From NCBI GenBank assembly GCA_013239625.1, contig MU053934.1:11387003-11447002 (forward strand): 60,000 bases of DNA, given 5' to 3'. The position numbers and the translations under genes were made by a program. Under the pieces are notes generated by a model. It did no database searches, was not told the DNA's origin, and saw only the letters and a program-made list of their open reading frames with translations. The DNA comes from Lama guanicoe (lineage: Eukaryota). Below are positions 1 through 12,205 of this stretch, one piece after another (positions within the stretch are counted from its first letter, which is position 1; each line of letters begins with the position of its first letter).

Positions 1-1835
1 CTTCGCTCCTTTGTAGACACGACGTCCCTGCCTTTGGCTTCGTTCAAGATTGTTCCCTTTGTCTCTGACTTTCTGAAGCTTCGGTGTGATACGCTTGTTG
101 CATGTTTTTTTCGTTTTATTTTGCTTTGCTTTTTGCATTTATTCTGCTTGGTGCTCTTTGCCCTCCCTGGACCTTGGGCTTGGGATCTGGCGTTAATTTG
201 GAGAAATTCTGCCACTGTTGCTTCGAATATTGTTTCTGTTCCTCTTTCTTCTCCTTCTAGGCCCACATACGTTTTGCCATTTATTGTTATTGCCTTGCAA
301 TGCCTGGATGGTCTTCGGTTCTGTTTCACTCAGCCTTTATTCCGTCTGCTTTTCAGTTTTGGAAGTTTCTGCTGACATCTCCTCCAGGTTGGAGAGTCTC
401 TCCTCCTCCACGTCCGCTGACTAATGAGCCCGTGAAAGATGTTATTTGTTTTTGCTACAGAGGTTTCAGTCTCCAGCGTTTCTTCTCAACGCTTTCTTAG
501 AATTTCTCTCTGCTTCTTTTTCCCACCTGCTCTGCGTGTTGCCTATTTTTCCATTAAAGTCCTTAGCATAATAATCCTAGTTGTGTTGTTTTGTTCGTTC
601 TTAAAATTCTTAACCTGAGAACTTCCCTGCCATATCTGACTCAGTGTCTTCAGACCGTGTCTGTGCCTTTTATATACCCTGTGTGTGTTGCTGTTGTGGC
701 GAAAGTCCAGAAATAGCAAAACTAAAACCATCACATCAACAAGCAGTATTTAGGACGAGTTCACTGTGCGTACAAGAATGGTTCACAAACTGGGGGTTTT
801 CAAAAGTAAAAACTGGTGTGAGGCTAGGGGCGCAAAGTTACAGGACGACGTATAAAGCGGGTGTGAGGAAACCCTCACCCTGTGCAATGGCTGGTCATCG
901 CGGTGGGCTTTGCAGACCACGGGGAGCCGGCTCAAACGGATGGCCTCATCCCATTTGTAGGAAGCCGAGTTAAGCTTCTCTTATGACTGCCAGAGGCGTT
1001 TGCAAGAAATAACCCAAGTTAGTTTTCCCTTGAGCTCATGGAATTAGCTAGACTTAGCTTGGCGTACATGGCCAAGCCCATGGCGTTGTCTGTTCAGAGA
1101 ATTCTCGGAGAATCCACTTTGTGTTTAGCTTTCCCTGTTGAAAGCCGGCCACGCTGTAGGGGCAAGGGGGCTACTGGATAGGCCCTGAGAGAGGTGGGGG
1201 TGAGGCGGGGGTGGGCAGGAGTGCTCCGTGACCCAGTGACCGGGTCTCAGGCTTCTGGTGAGTCTGTGCCCCTGAACTGCGAGCGGCGCTTCTCAGCTTC
1301 CTACCCCTCAGATGAGACAGGACGACCGGGGGTGGGGGGGCTGGAGGCGGGCGTCTCCCTCTCCCAGAGTGGTTAGGCACTGGTTGACTGCTCCTCCTGG
1401 TCGAGCTTGTTAAGAACAGGATGCTCCGGGCATTTCAAAGTGACCGCTTCCCCTCCTGCTGCAGGCACTCTCCTCCGACGTTCAGCGTGAGGACCTGGTG
1501 GCCCCTGGAGGTGACGCTCACTGTTGTGGGGTCCCTGTGGGACAGGGTCCCCTGGAGTTTCAGCCCTCAGACTTCCCCGCTGAGCCTCCAGCCCTTCGTC
1601 ACTGCCTGCTGGGCTCCCCCGCCCGCTTCCTGGATCTGTGCTCTGGTGACGTGAGCCTCTGTGTCTGCCTGTCCTTCCCTCCGACTCTGGGGCGAGGGCA
1701 GAAGCTTCCCTGTGACGTCAGCTCTCTGGCGGCCGCGAGCAGAGTCGTCGCTTTTCCAGCTTGCTCTGCCGCTGATTCGTTCTCCGGATGGAAAGGCAAA
1801 TTCTAAGCTTCTTGCGTGTTGGACCCAAAACTGGG
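1..1835 (-). mobile_element. Ancient L1 (L1M/L1MD-class) 5' end: ORF1 remnant plus 5'UTR, antisense
   Basis: T-rich text typical of antisense old-L1 ORF1 (ttaatttggagaaattctgccactgttgcttcgaatattgtttctg; ttttccattaaagtccttagcataataatcctagttg), ending in the characteristic 5'-terminal block ttccctgtgacgtcagctctctg...aattctaagcttcttgcgtgttggacccaaaactgg (~1705-1835). Recognised from memory. Confidence 0.75.
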
Positions 1836-2249
1836 CCTTTTCATCTCACTTTCTCTTTACTTATTCCGCCTTCTCATTCTCTTTTCCTCTGTCCTTGTAA
1901 GTAAGTGTGTGGTCACCATTCTTGCTCTACACTTCATGGTTCTCACTCAGTCTCCAGCATTTTCCCGGCTCTTCTGTGTTTCTGTCTAAATGTTTCCTTC
2001 TGGCCTGGATTCGTTTGCATACCCATCCTCTGGCTGTGTCTAAGCTACTGGAAAGCACACGCTGAGCTGCCCTTTGGCTGCTGCGCGCTGCCTTCTGCCC
2101 TCCCTCGCGCGCCCAAGAGCCCGTCTCCCTTCCCCTGCATCTTTGCTTTCCTCTTTGCTGAATCGCTCCCGCTGGCTCCGGCCCTGCTTCCTGCCTACCT
2201 TTGAGTTGAGACCCCTTGAGACTTGCTCGGTCCAAATTCTCTCTTTTCT

Positions 2250-3460
2250 TTCTGTCTTATGGCCACTCCTGTCTGGCTTTCGGCATCACCCCTCCACCAA
2301 ACTGTTCTTGTCAGCACTGGGCTTCCCCCGGCTCATCCTTAAACCTCTTCTCCATTTTCACTCACTGTCACATGCAATGTCATGGGTTTTAAACACCATC
2401 TGTCTTCTAACGACCCCAAACGTAAACACCAGAGACATACATCCAGTTCTCTTTTGACACAGTCACTGCATGTCTAAAATGTATGTGAAGCTCACCATTT
2501 TGAAAAATAACCTCCATTTCCCAATAAAAATAATGGAAAAAAAAAACCAGCAACTACAGGAATCTCCCCCACAGTCTCTCTCCTGCTGGTTGAGGACCCC
2601 CCCCCCATTTTTTTCAGTTGTTGAGGCTGAGACTGGCAGCTCCCCTTGACACCTCTCTTGATTTCCACAGCCCTAGGATTACCTCTCAGGGGCCACCTGG
2701 GCACTTGCGATAAACGCCCTCAAGATGGACCGCGTCCCAGCACCCTCACTGACCATTTACCGCAGGGCCTCATCCTCCCCGGTGACAGCAGAGAGTGACT
2801 GTTCTCTGGGCGGCTGCTCTTGCTGGTCTGTCATCAGCCCAGAGGTCGGAACGGGCCTCGTAAATCCCAGGGTGGGTCAGCTCAGAGTTTGCCAAGCCCA
2901 GAGTCCACCAAGGCTCCTGCCCACTCGGAGCGGTGGCTGAAGCCCTCAGGACGCCTCCTGGCCCCGCTGTGCCCCGGCAGCTCCCTGGCCTCGGGTCCAC
3001 ACGCCCTCCCCTTTCTCTTTCTGTTCCGACTGCAGTGGCTGCCTTGCTGACCCCGGAAATTGCCAGGTGTACCCCCACCTTGGAGCACGGCTTCTGCTGT
3101 TGCTCTGTTTGAAATGCTCTCCCCCGGGCGTCTGCTCGTTAACACCCTTGTTTCCCGCACGCTTTCACATGCACGGCACTTCTCCCAGGGAGGCCCCTGA
3201 ACAATCTTCTTAAGTTGCAGACTTGCTCCCGCCCAGCCTCAGCCTGATCCCAGCGCCCCTGCCGCTTCAGTCACGCTCGTAACCGTCACTTTCCGACGCG
3301 CCACGGGAGCGCTCAGGTGCCCTCTGTGCTGCCAGCTGTCCTGCCCCGCCCCAGCGGGAGCGCAGCTCTGCGGGCACAGAGCCCGGGTCCTGCTCACTGA
3401 GGCTCTCCACGTGATCACAGCCGAGCTCAGCAGCGGATACTAACTGAGCATTGAATTCGT
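2250..3460 (+). mobile_element. LINE-2 fragments, including 3' end
   Basis: L2-like segments: gtctggctttcggcatcacccctccaccaaactgttcttgtca; atgggttttaaacaccatctgtc; tccccttgacacctctctt; cacttctcccagggaggcccctg; degenerate 3' tail near 3450. Confidence 0.6.
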
Positions 3461-3944
3461 AGGTTTTGGCTAAGGGGGGTGAGGCAACAGTGAGCGCCCC
3501 AGTTCTGTGTACAGAAGTAACCCAGCTAGCACTGTGTTAGCAATGCTCACTCTAGGGGCTTGGGGGTTTGGAGGGGGTGAGGCTGGAGTGGGGAGCTCAG
3601 CCAGAGGCAGATGCTCTGTAACGAGAGCCTTTCCAGGGAGCGGAAGGATGTGACTGAGAAGTCAGACCTGATCCCAGAGAAAGGAAGCAATGATGGGGTG
3701 CCAGCAGGCAGCCCCCACTCCAGCGATGCCTGTGCGGGCCAGCCCCTGCCGCCTGGGGTCTGCACGTCTGTGAGCAGACAGAGGACGGTGCTGGGCCCCT
3801 GTGAGGTGGGTGTGCTGCCTGCATCCCACGGGGAGAGGGCTGGGGCCACGGTGAGCCCGGCTCTCTGGGACCCACACGGACAGAGACCAGCTTCAAACCA
3901 CCCAGTTCCAGAAACTATGCACGTGTATGTACCTACATGTATTT

Positions 3945-5035
3945 AAAGTAAACTTTTATATTTTGCAATTGTAGAGGCACACACAGCTGCAAGAAAACAT
4001 ATGGAGGGATTCCACGAACCCTCCACCCGGTTCCCCCGTGACAACATCCTGCAGAACCACAGGGTGTCACAGCCCGGAAGCTGACACAGATGCAGGCAAG
4101 GTGCAGGACATGCCCCTCCCCCAGGGAGCCCTCCTGCCGCCTGTTACAGCCGCAGCCACGTCTGTCCCTCCTCCAGGCCCTGCAACCTCCCCTCTGTCCT
4201 CCACGTCTGCACCGTTATCGTTTCAAGGCTGTTACATGCTTGGAACCACCCAGGAAGTAACCCTGAGGGTTGACGGTCTTCACGCGGCCTGATTCCCTGG
4301 AGCGTCTCCCAGGTCGTGCGTGTCGAGGGCTTGTTCCTTCTCGCTGCTGAGTGCTTGGCCCACCGGCCACCTGCCGGCAGGTGACTGGGTTAGCGTCCTG
4401 ACTGACGATTGCAGGAAAGGCTGCTGTGACCCCTCTGGCACGGGCCTCCCTGTGACCCGCGCTCCCTTTGCCTGAGGTCGCACGGCGGTGGCGCGGGCCA
4501 GCTGGTGGTGGCAGGGCCCCCGGCGCAGCGGCGCGCCGCCCGCAGGTAGGGAGGCCACGCTGTCCTGCACCCGCTCCAGGGTTTTCTCCGCCCGGCTTCG
4601 TGGATTTGAACCATTTTCGTGGATGGGTGGTGATAGTTCGTGGAGGTTTTAACGTGCTTTTCCCTCACGGCTGATGAACCTGAGTGCCTCTGAGGGCCCT
4701 TCCGTGTGTTTATCTACCCTCCACACGTCGTCTTCGTTGAGACGTCTTTGCCCATCGTCACGCCCGTTATTTCATTACTTTTCTCGGCTGAGTTCTGAGA
4801 GCTCTCTCCGTGCTCCAGGGGCTGGCCCTGCGTCAGACGTGCAGTCTGCAAGTCCCTCCGCCCGTCTTGGCTTGATTTCCGTCCTCCCACCCTACACAGA
4901 GCAAACGTCCGTAATTTTGATGGGGTCCAGTTTACCACTGTCGCCCTCAATGTCCACGCTCCAGGGTCAAGTCCGAGATCTTTGCCCCGCCCTGGAGTCA
5001 AGACTCTTGTCTGTTTCTAGTATTTTTATAAATAG
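3945..5035 (-). mobile_element. Ancient L1 (L1MC/L1MD-class) 3' end, antisense, strongly GC-eroded
   Basis: Starts aacttttatattttgcaattgtagaggcacacacagctgcaagaaaacat, matching the reverse-complemented L1MC/MD 3' terminus. Later gtggaggttttaacgtgcttttccctcacggctgatgaacctgag and gtaattttgatggggtccagttta are typical of antisense ORF2-end text. Confidence 0.75.
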
Positions 5036-5084
5036 CAAGGCTAATTTAGAGTTATGAAAATATTAATATTGATGTTAAATATGA

Positions 5085-5172
5085 TTTTTTCTTTTTTTAA
5101 TTGAAGTGTAGTCAGTTTACAATGTTGTGTGAACTTCTGCATAATGTACAACGTAATATTTCAGTCACACAA
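5085..5172 (-). mobile_element. Short 3' tail of an artiodactyl/camelid L1
   Basis: Poly-T followed by aattgaagtgtagtcagtttacaatgttgtgtgaacttctg, the reverse complement of the young artiodactyl L1 3' terminus. Confidence 0.7.
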
Positions 5173-6134
5173 ATAAAACACAATTTTAATAAGGAAACAG
5201 CCTCCGAGGTAAGTCGTGCTGTTGGTACAGTGTGAGCTCTTGTGAGGCGCCCCTTCCAGAGCCTGGTGAGTGACTTCCTGCCGTCCTGCCAGCTGACGGG
5301 GGAGGTGACCTGGCTGGACTGGGAGCCAGTGGGTGGCCTGGGACCCCCGCCAATCCCCCACCAGGCTCTGGTGAGCTGCAGGACCCTGGACAAGACTGCC
5401 CCACCACACATCCCATGGACAAGCACTAACCAAAGTACAAGTCCAAGGCCGCGTGTGGGAAGCCCTTCACCTGTGCCCAGTGTGGACTAGGCTCCGAGCG
5501 TGGCCTCGGTGAGCCCCAGCCTGCCTGCGAGGAGGGACCAGCGTCACGCCCGTTTGCAGATGTGGGCACCGGGCACAGAGGCGCGGAGGAAAGAGGGTGG
5601 GGGACTGGGGCTCAAAGCCGGCTCTGACTTTGACCCTCTCGTCCCAACCTGGGGAGCACAGGGCAGGTTTGCACACTGGGGTCAGAGGGCTAATCAACCT
5701 GTCCAACCTGCAGCACGAGCAGACGAAGTCGCCTGGAGGACGTGCAGGCTGCCAGGGGCCTCCAGGCCGGAGGCAGAAACACACCTGAGAAGTGGATGCA
5801 TCCATGGTCACGTCGTCCACGCGGTGAGGCTGCAGCCCAGGATGCAGGCCAGGCGGACAGACTGAACCCGGCGGCCACGTCCTTCCCGTGCCCCAAGGAA
5901 GGCAGATGTCCCTGCCTTGTGGGGACCCCAAGCCGGCACAAAGCCGGCTCAGCAGTGGGCATCCTAGCTTTGGGGGAGCCGCCTCATCTCTGTCTGCCCT
6001 CTTGGGGTCACCGCATCTCCCTTGCTCCCTGGGCAGGCGGTGCTGGCATCTCCGCAGCCCACCACGCACGGAGCCTGTCTGTTTAGGGCGAGATCCTGGG
6101 ATCCGTCTGTTCATCACCAAGTCCCGTGGCCCTC

Positions 6135-6520
6135 GTTGCTAATTCTTTAATGAAAGAGCGCGTTTATGAAATCTGACAACATCAGGGGAGGTTTGTAGAC
6201 GCTGTCCATTAGGCCTTTCACGGGGAATAGTTAATGACAGGCAGGCTCATTGGAATCGAGGTTTCATCTAATACCAGTTTCGGGAAAATCAGTTGCAGGG
6301 TTATTTCTGCAGATGAAATTAGCTCTGTTTGGAGGTCGCCTCTGGATGCTGGATTGAGAGAGACAGATTCACAACAGCTAACGCTGTCAGCGAGATGCTG
6401 ATTCCACTCCACAAATAAGGGTATTACTTTAAAAGAGAAGGTTTTCTTTATCAACGCCCTCCGCCAACCCCATGCCTTTGTTGAAGGACAGAGCGTATTG
6501 GCCAATTATCAGAACGCGCA
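6135..6520. promoter_or_regulatory. Candidate conserved non-coding element / enhancer
   Basis: Unique, non-repeat, locally AT-richer island in GC-rich flanks: TTTATG 6163-6168, TAATGACAG 6232-6240, CTGTCA 6384-6389, ATTGGCCAAT 6497-6506. Conservation not tested. Confidence 0.5.
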
Positions 6521-6969
6521 CGGCCGTTCGGAACCTTCTCCTCGGGATTGTTCAGCAGGCGAGGAGGCGAATTCCTCTGCTGCAGCCCCGACCCCTGCTC
6601 AGGAGAGACTTGGCACGTGGGATCCCTGCAGGGCGCCCCCCAGAAAAGCCAAGGTTGGACCAACCTCTCCTCTCCAATCCTTGTTTCTGAGTGTCACTTG
6701 TTTTTTCTTTTCTTGGTCCTTGTTTTCTGGAACTTGATTGGCTTGGGGGTGAGCAGGTGAAGGGTTAGGGTTAGGTGCCAAGCCCCCAGGGCAGCACCGG
6801 GCCACAGGGAGGGCGCCCGCCCACCCAGTGCCACCCCTGCATTCCAGCCTTCACACCCACAGGCCCCCGGGCCCCCAGCTTCATGCCCCGTGCAGCCCCC
6901 ACCAGTGACTCTCTGAGTTTGGCTCCTGGGGTGTGTACTCGGCTGCCTGGAAACCCCCTGAGGCAGTCC

Positions 6970-7364
6970 ATGTCCCAACTGGGAACGTGGGACGTGGCCT
7001 TATTTGGAAGAAGGCTCTTATGCAAATAGAACCCAAGGATCTCGAGACGACATATTTCTGGGCTGTCTAGGTGGCCCTAAACCCAAAGACAAGGGTCCTC
7101 ATAAGAGACAGAAGAAGAGACACAGACTGAGGAGAAGGCGATGAGAAGACGGGGCAGAGACGGGATGATGCGGCCATGCTCCAGGGGCAGCGGGCCCAGC
7201 GGGGGCTGGAGGAGGCTGGAGGGGCAGGAAATACCCTCCCCGAACCACCGTGCTGACACCTTGAGCCTGGACCCAGCCTCCAGGACGGTGAGGAAACAAG
7301 TGTGGCTGTTGTCCGTGTCCCCAGTTTGTGGCCATTTGTCAGGGCAGCCCCGGGAGCTCACACA
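6970..7364 (+). mobile_element. MaLR solo LTR (MLT1B/C-like)
   Basis: gtggccttatttggaagaagg...ggtggccctaaacccaaagacaagggtcctcataagagacagaagaagagacacag...cagtttgtggccatttgtcagggcagccccgggagctcacaca follows the MLT1 layout. Confidence 0.8.
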
Positions 7365-7574
7365 GGGTCACAGGAAAAGGCAGATTCCCGGGCTGTTCCC
7401 CACAACTGACGCCCGGGGGAGGCCCAGGATGAGAACGACCAGGCGGAGGGCTGATGGCTCAGACACGGGGGGGAGGGCTTCTGTGTCGCCCACTTGGAGT
7501 GACGTCCACTTATCCACGGTCCACGGAGCGTGTCCACACTCACTAGCCGTCTGACCGCGGCCACACACCCCTGG

Positions 7575-7715
7575 TTAGACGAGGCGGGAGTTAACCGCCG
7601 CCTGCGTGGGTGCAGCTACAGACCAGAGAAGCTAAGAGACTGGGCCAAAGTCACGGGTCCTGGTCACTGGACCCGGTGTTAGCACCTGCTTGACTCCTGA
7701 CCCGGAAGCCCAGCG
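7575..7715 (-). mobile_element. MIR fragment
   Basis: cagagaagctaagagactgggccaaagtcac resembles the MIR core (cagagaggttaagtgacttgcccaaggtcac). Confidence 0.5.
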
Positions 7716-8049
7716 GGGCACAGCCTTCCCCTCCGAGCTCCCGTCCCCGTACGAGCCCACTTCCGTCCCCAGCTCCCGCCGCCCACATGCACACTTGTTC
7801 CTGTGTCGGCTCCTCCCCGAGGTCCGCAGTGCTCCCTGTCACGGAGGCACACGGAGCCCGGGACGCCCCGCAGGGGAAGGTCACGTTCACACGCCGTCGC
7901 AGGAAGCACCGGCCGGCCCCTCCACTTTTAAGGCAGTGATTTAGCAAGTCCTTATAAAAAGTCTTTAAATGGACATAATGTGGCTAGAGGTTTCATTTCT
8001 AGGATTTTGTCCTCAAATATATGAAGATCGAGGCAAAGAATTAGGTGGA

Positions 8050-8600
8050 AATCTGTTCAGCTCTGCCTTGGCTGTAACAGTGAAACGTGGACGCCATCGC
8101 TGTACCCAGCAGTTGCCCATCAGTGACGCGTGCGGAGAGACCATCCGCACTTAGATCCCCGCAGCCGCTGAAGCGCGCCCTCCCGGCAGGGCCCAGGCAG
8201 GCCGGCACAGACGGGCGGTGCGGTCAGGGCGGCGGCGGCCGCGGCGTGGCCGCGCCCCGAGTGGGCCTGAGGGGCAGGTGGGACGGCATCTAGTGGAATG
8301 TTTTTCAGCAGTCAAATAAGTAAGTGCCAGACGCTGCAGTGCGGGGGACCTCAGCTGCGTGTGGATAGGAGAAGGCAGGCACCAAAGTCCCCCTGTCGTG
8401 TCACTCAACTTACGGAGATTTCCAGAACAAGCCATGGGGACAGAGTCCAGCTTCCCAGGGACTGGTCGTGGGGGTGGGGCTTCTTACCAAGGTGGTGCAA
8501 TGTTTTGGAAGCAGATGGTGGTGACGGTTGCACAGCCTTGTGGACTCACTAGACTATGGAATTGTGTGCTTCAAAAAGGTTAATTTTATGTCGCCTGCAG
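8050..8600 (+). mobile_element. Ancient L1 (L1MB/L1ME-class) 3' end
   Basis: gtggaatgtttttcagcagtcaaa...aatgttttggaagcagatggtggtgacggttgcacagccttgtg...gaattgtgtgcttcaaaaaggttaattttatg, typical of L1MB 3' ends. Confidence 0.7.
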
Positions 8601-11133
8601 CTCTGTCTATGGTGCGTCTCCCTCCGTGTGGGAGGCCCACAGCCCTCGCCCTGCTCAGTCCATGGCCCACTGCTGGCCGGACGGAGGTCTGATGCGTCAT
8701 CGACTTGCCCAAGGTTGGTCCAGCACGCAGCGTGGTGCCGGGGCCGGAGGGCACACGAATTGGCCTTATTCCCTTTCCAGGACTCACTGGCTGCACTGGT
8801 CCGAGCCCCGAAGACACGGTTGTCCCCCTGTGCCCACAGCTGCCCGGCGTGGCACCCTCATCACCTGCCTGAGGTGTCTAGGCACAGACGCGGGCCTGCC
8901 CCAGCCTGCTCGGCGGAGTCGTCCCAGACCCCTCCCAGCACCTCCCGTCCACCGCGGCCTAGAGGGAAGCTCCCCTGTCTGCCGAGCTCTGTCCCACGGC
9001 CCCGACCACCGCACTGATGCTGTGACAGCCCAGGGCCCGGGCGAGAAGAGAGAGATGTGCACGCTTGCCCAGGTGGTGACCTTGTGGGAATTTGTCTGTC
9101 CTCCATGCCTCCAAGTAGGTGTCTGGGGTTTGGATTTGAAGGACGGCCGGGCAGCTGGATGTCGGGGGACAGCCGAGAGGAGCCCCCAATATGAACAAGA
9201 GAAAAGCAAAACAGGGGCTCTACAACAAAACCCAGGAAAGCGGGGTGATGCGGGGGCACCGTGGCCGGCCCACGCGGGCAGCACCCTCCTAGAATAGGGG
9301 ACCCCTCCACCTGCCTCAGCCACACCTCTGCCCACGGACGACCTCCCAGTGCGAGCGTCTGCTGAGCCCGGCCCCCCAGCCCCGGGACAAAGGCCCGCTC
9401 TGGCGGTCCTCGGATCCCTGCAGGTCTGGAGAGGGCGGTGTTCTCCCTTCTGGAAGAGACTTCAAAAAAAACAGTCTCTCCCTGTTTACGTCTGGATCTG
9501 TCTTTACCTGACGCGCTCTCTCCACCCCTCGGGAGGGACGCAGGGACGTGGGGAGGCGGCCGCCGGAGCGCGGATAAAGCCCAGGGACCTCGTTCCCAGC
9601 CTGCCGGCCGGCAGGTTCTTTCTACAGTTCCATCAAGCTTTGTGGGGAGGTAACTGGCGAAGACACTGGCAGACTCAGCGCACAAGGTGAAGCTCTGACA
9701 CACGTGCACGTGGGCGAGGACTCCCATGGTGGAGTGACCCCCCCATCACGACTCGTGGTCACCCCTGCAGCCTTCACGCCCAGGCACAGGGTCAGCGCTC
9801 GTCCCCAGGCTGCGAGTCAGGGCCCAGAACCCGCCTCGTGACCTCGTGACTGGAGGTGCCCTGCCCCGTTCCCCCACCCCCGCCACCGCTGGCCACCGTC
9901 TCTGCTCTGTTCCTCTGAGTCTGAAGGTGGTTTTTCCCTCAGTGCAGCAGGGAGGGGTCCTGAGCCGGTGACAGGCCCCGGGAGGGAACGTGGGTGACAC
10001 CAGAGAGCAGGGCCACCTGCCTGGGACCCGTGGGGGCGCCAGCCTTCCCAGCGGTGGTGACTGGTGCTGCCTGTGGTCCCGGCCTCAGGGACAAGGCACG
10101 CGTGCCTGGTCAGGGTCCGGAGCCCGGGCCCGGCCTCTGCGCGCCTGGCCTCACCCCGCTCTGTCCCCAGGTCAGTGGGACCCCGTCTGCAGGTGGGTGA
10201 CAGTGACACCCCCAAGGAGAGGGGAGTCACAGGTGAGTCACGTCCTGAAGAGCTGGGGCTGATGAATACTGAACTGCAGTGTTTCACCAATATGCCAATT
10301 ATCTCCCGGAAAGCGGGAGTCGGCGCCGCAGAGCCGTGCGGGACTGAATGTCACTCCGCTAACTGAATGTCTTGATTGACTCAAACACTCCCAGCTCTGA
10401 AATTCAGCCTGGCGATGGATGGGAAGTTTCCATGGCTACAGCTCTTCCCCTGAGGTTGGGGTGGGGGGGGGCTGGCCCTGGGGGAGCCCGAGGGGCTCAC
10501 CTGCTTCCTCCCCAAGGGCAGGGCCAGCGGGGCTGCGCTGCGCCTAGGCCCACCCCTCCCTCCCGCCCCCCTCCCCACTGTCCTGAGTGTCTGCTGTGCC
10601 TGGGTGGCGCCAGCGCCCCGGACCCACCCTGCGTGTGTCATAGGGACCAGAACCATTTCCTGCCCGGCAGGGGGGGCCCTTCCAGGAAGGACGAGCCCCG
10701 GGTCCGGGTCGGAGCCCGGCCTCATCCTGCTCCCTGGGGCTGGTCACCTGTTTTCTCTTCTGTCTTCAAACCGTCCCTCCTGGCGCCTCGTCCTCTGAGC
10801 GGGGGAGCAGACGTGCTTTCATTCCGCCTGGAAAACCCACAAAAGAGAAGCTTCCTATTTGCCCATCCGTCTGCACACCAGCCTCTCTCTCTATGACGAA
10901 GCCCCTGACAAGGTGTCTGCGTCTCCCCCACACACCCGCCAGATGGCTCCGGGACCAGCTGCGCCACCCTCGCCGGTCACTGTCATCCCCAGTCCCCCAC
11001 GACACGGGCTGTCTCCCGTCCCCTCACACCGGCTGGGGTGGGCGGCCCCCTCCCCCATCCTGCCACAGGCCGGAGCCCCAGGAGGGGCGGGGCAGGCAGC
11101 TGGCACCCGGGCGGTCAGAAACCGCTGGGCAGC

Positions 11134-11293
11134 GAGGAGGCTCTAGCTTGGCGGTGGAGCGCGTGCTTAGCGTGCACGGGTCCTGGGTTCAATCCTCGGT
11201 GCCTCTGTTAAGGGGAATATTTTTAAAATAATAATAAATAAAATAAAAATAAATGTCTGTTTAAAAAGAAGAGACCAGAAAGAAAAAAAAAAA
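11134..11293 (+). mobile_element. tRNA-derived SINE, camelid Vic-1-like
   Basis: tRNA-like head gaggaggctctagcttggcggtggagcgcgtgcttagcgtgcacgggtcctgggttcaatcctcggtgcctc with Pol III B box GGTTCAATCC at 11186-11195, followed by an A-rich tail. Confidence 0.85.
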
Positions 11294-12146
11294 CACGCCA
11301 AGTGGAGAAGACGGCTGGGTTACAATATAGTCTGTTTGCTGCATGAGAACATGTCTGTTCCCAGGATCCCCTCATCCCGTCTCAGTCAATGACTTGAGAA
11401 CGTTCACTCAGTGCCCTTTATAGGGTGCCTGGTGTGCCGGGCAAACAGGGGACCCTCGTGGACACTGTGGCATCCGATCCCCGGTGTCCTGGGGCCAAGT
11501 CCCCCACCCAAGACCCCACAGCCTGGCTTGGCCTGATTGTCTGCGGAGTTCTCTGTTATTAAGGGCCTGAGATACACTGAGCCGTTCCCAGCCCTGGAGA
11601 GAATGTGGTTACTCAGGGTTATGGGGACATCTTCCTTCTCCTCCACCTCCCAGCCCATCTGTCGTGGAGAAGTGACTGCAGATAACACCCGAGCGAGACG
11701 CAGTCCACCTGGGGAATCCGTCTCCGGGCACAGCAGAACACTCTGGGGGCGTCTGGGGTCAACATACGCCAGCTGTGCTGGTCCGAGAGCCCCGGGGAAA
11801 CAGCCAGCTGGCCCCCTGCTGGCCTCTGCCCCCACCCCGGCCACCCCAGATCCAAATGCACAGCCAGGTGGGCACACTGGCCTCCCTGGGCCCCGAGCCT
11901 TTGTGCTGCGTTGTCCAGGGGCCAGAGGTACAGGTCGGGGTGGGTCCCCAGGCACTGGGCTGAAGAGTTGGATTCTATGCCCTTGGGCCATGAGATGACC
12001 CTGAGTGGCCTTAACAGGAACGTGCCCAGGACTTCAGGATGGCTGGGAAGTGTCCACAAGTATCGAGGAGCAAAGAATATGAGGGCCCCAAAGAGGGAAG
12101 AGGGCCGGCTAGTTAGGGCTGGGGACGGGGACGCCACTGGGCAGGG

Positions 12147-12205
12147 GGAGAGACAGAGGAACAGACACACAGAGAGAGAGAGAGAGACGGCGAGGCAGAG
12201 AGAAG
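12147..12205 (+). repeat. (GA)n-rich simple repeat
   Basis: gagagacagaggaacagacacacagagagagagagagagac. Confidence 0.8.

Noticed and set aside
6761..6775. agggttagggttagg telomere-like hexamers
   Set aside because: Only about 2.5 units; compatible with chance.
8284..8297. CTCF-like CCACTAGATGCCG on the minus strand
   Set aside because: Mismatch at a core G, and it lies inside an old L1 fragment.
11134..11210. Possible tRNA gene (also 29094-29172)
   Set aside because: A tRNA-like head, but with an A-rich tail, degenerate stems, and for the second copy a target-site duplication inside an LTR. These are SINEs.
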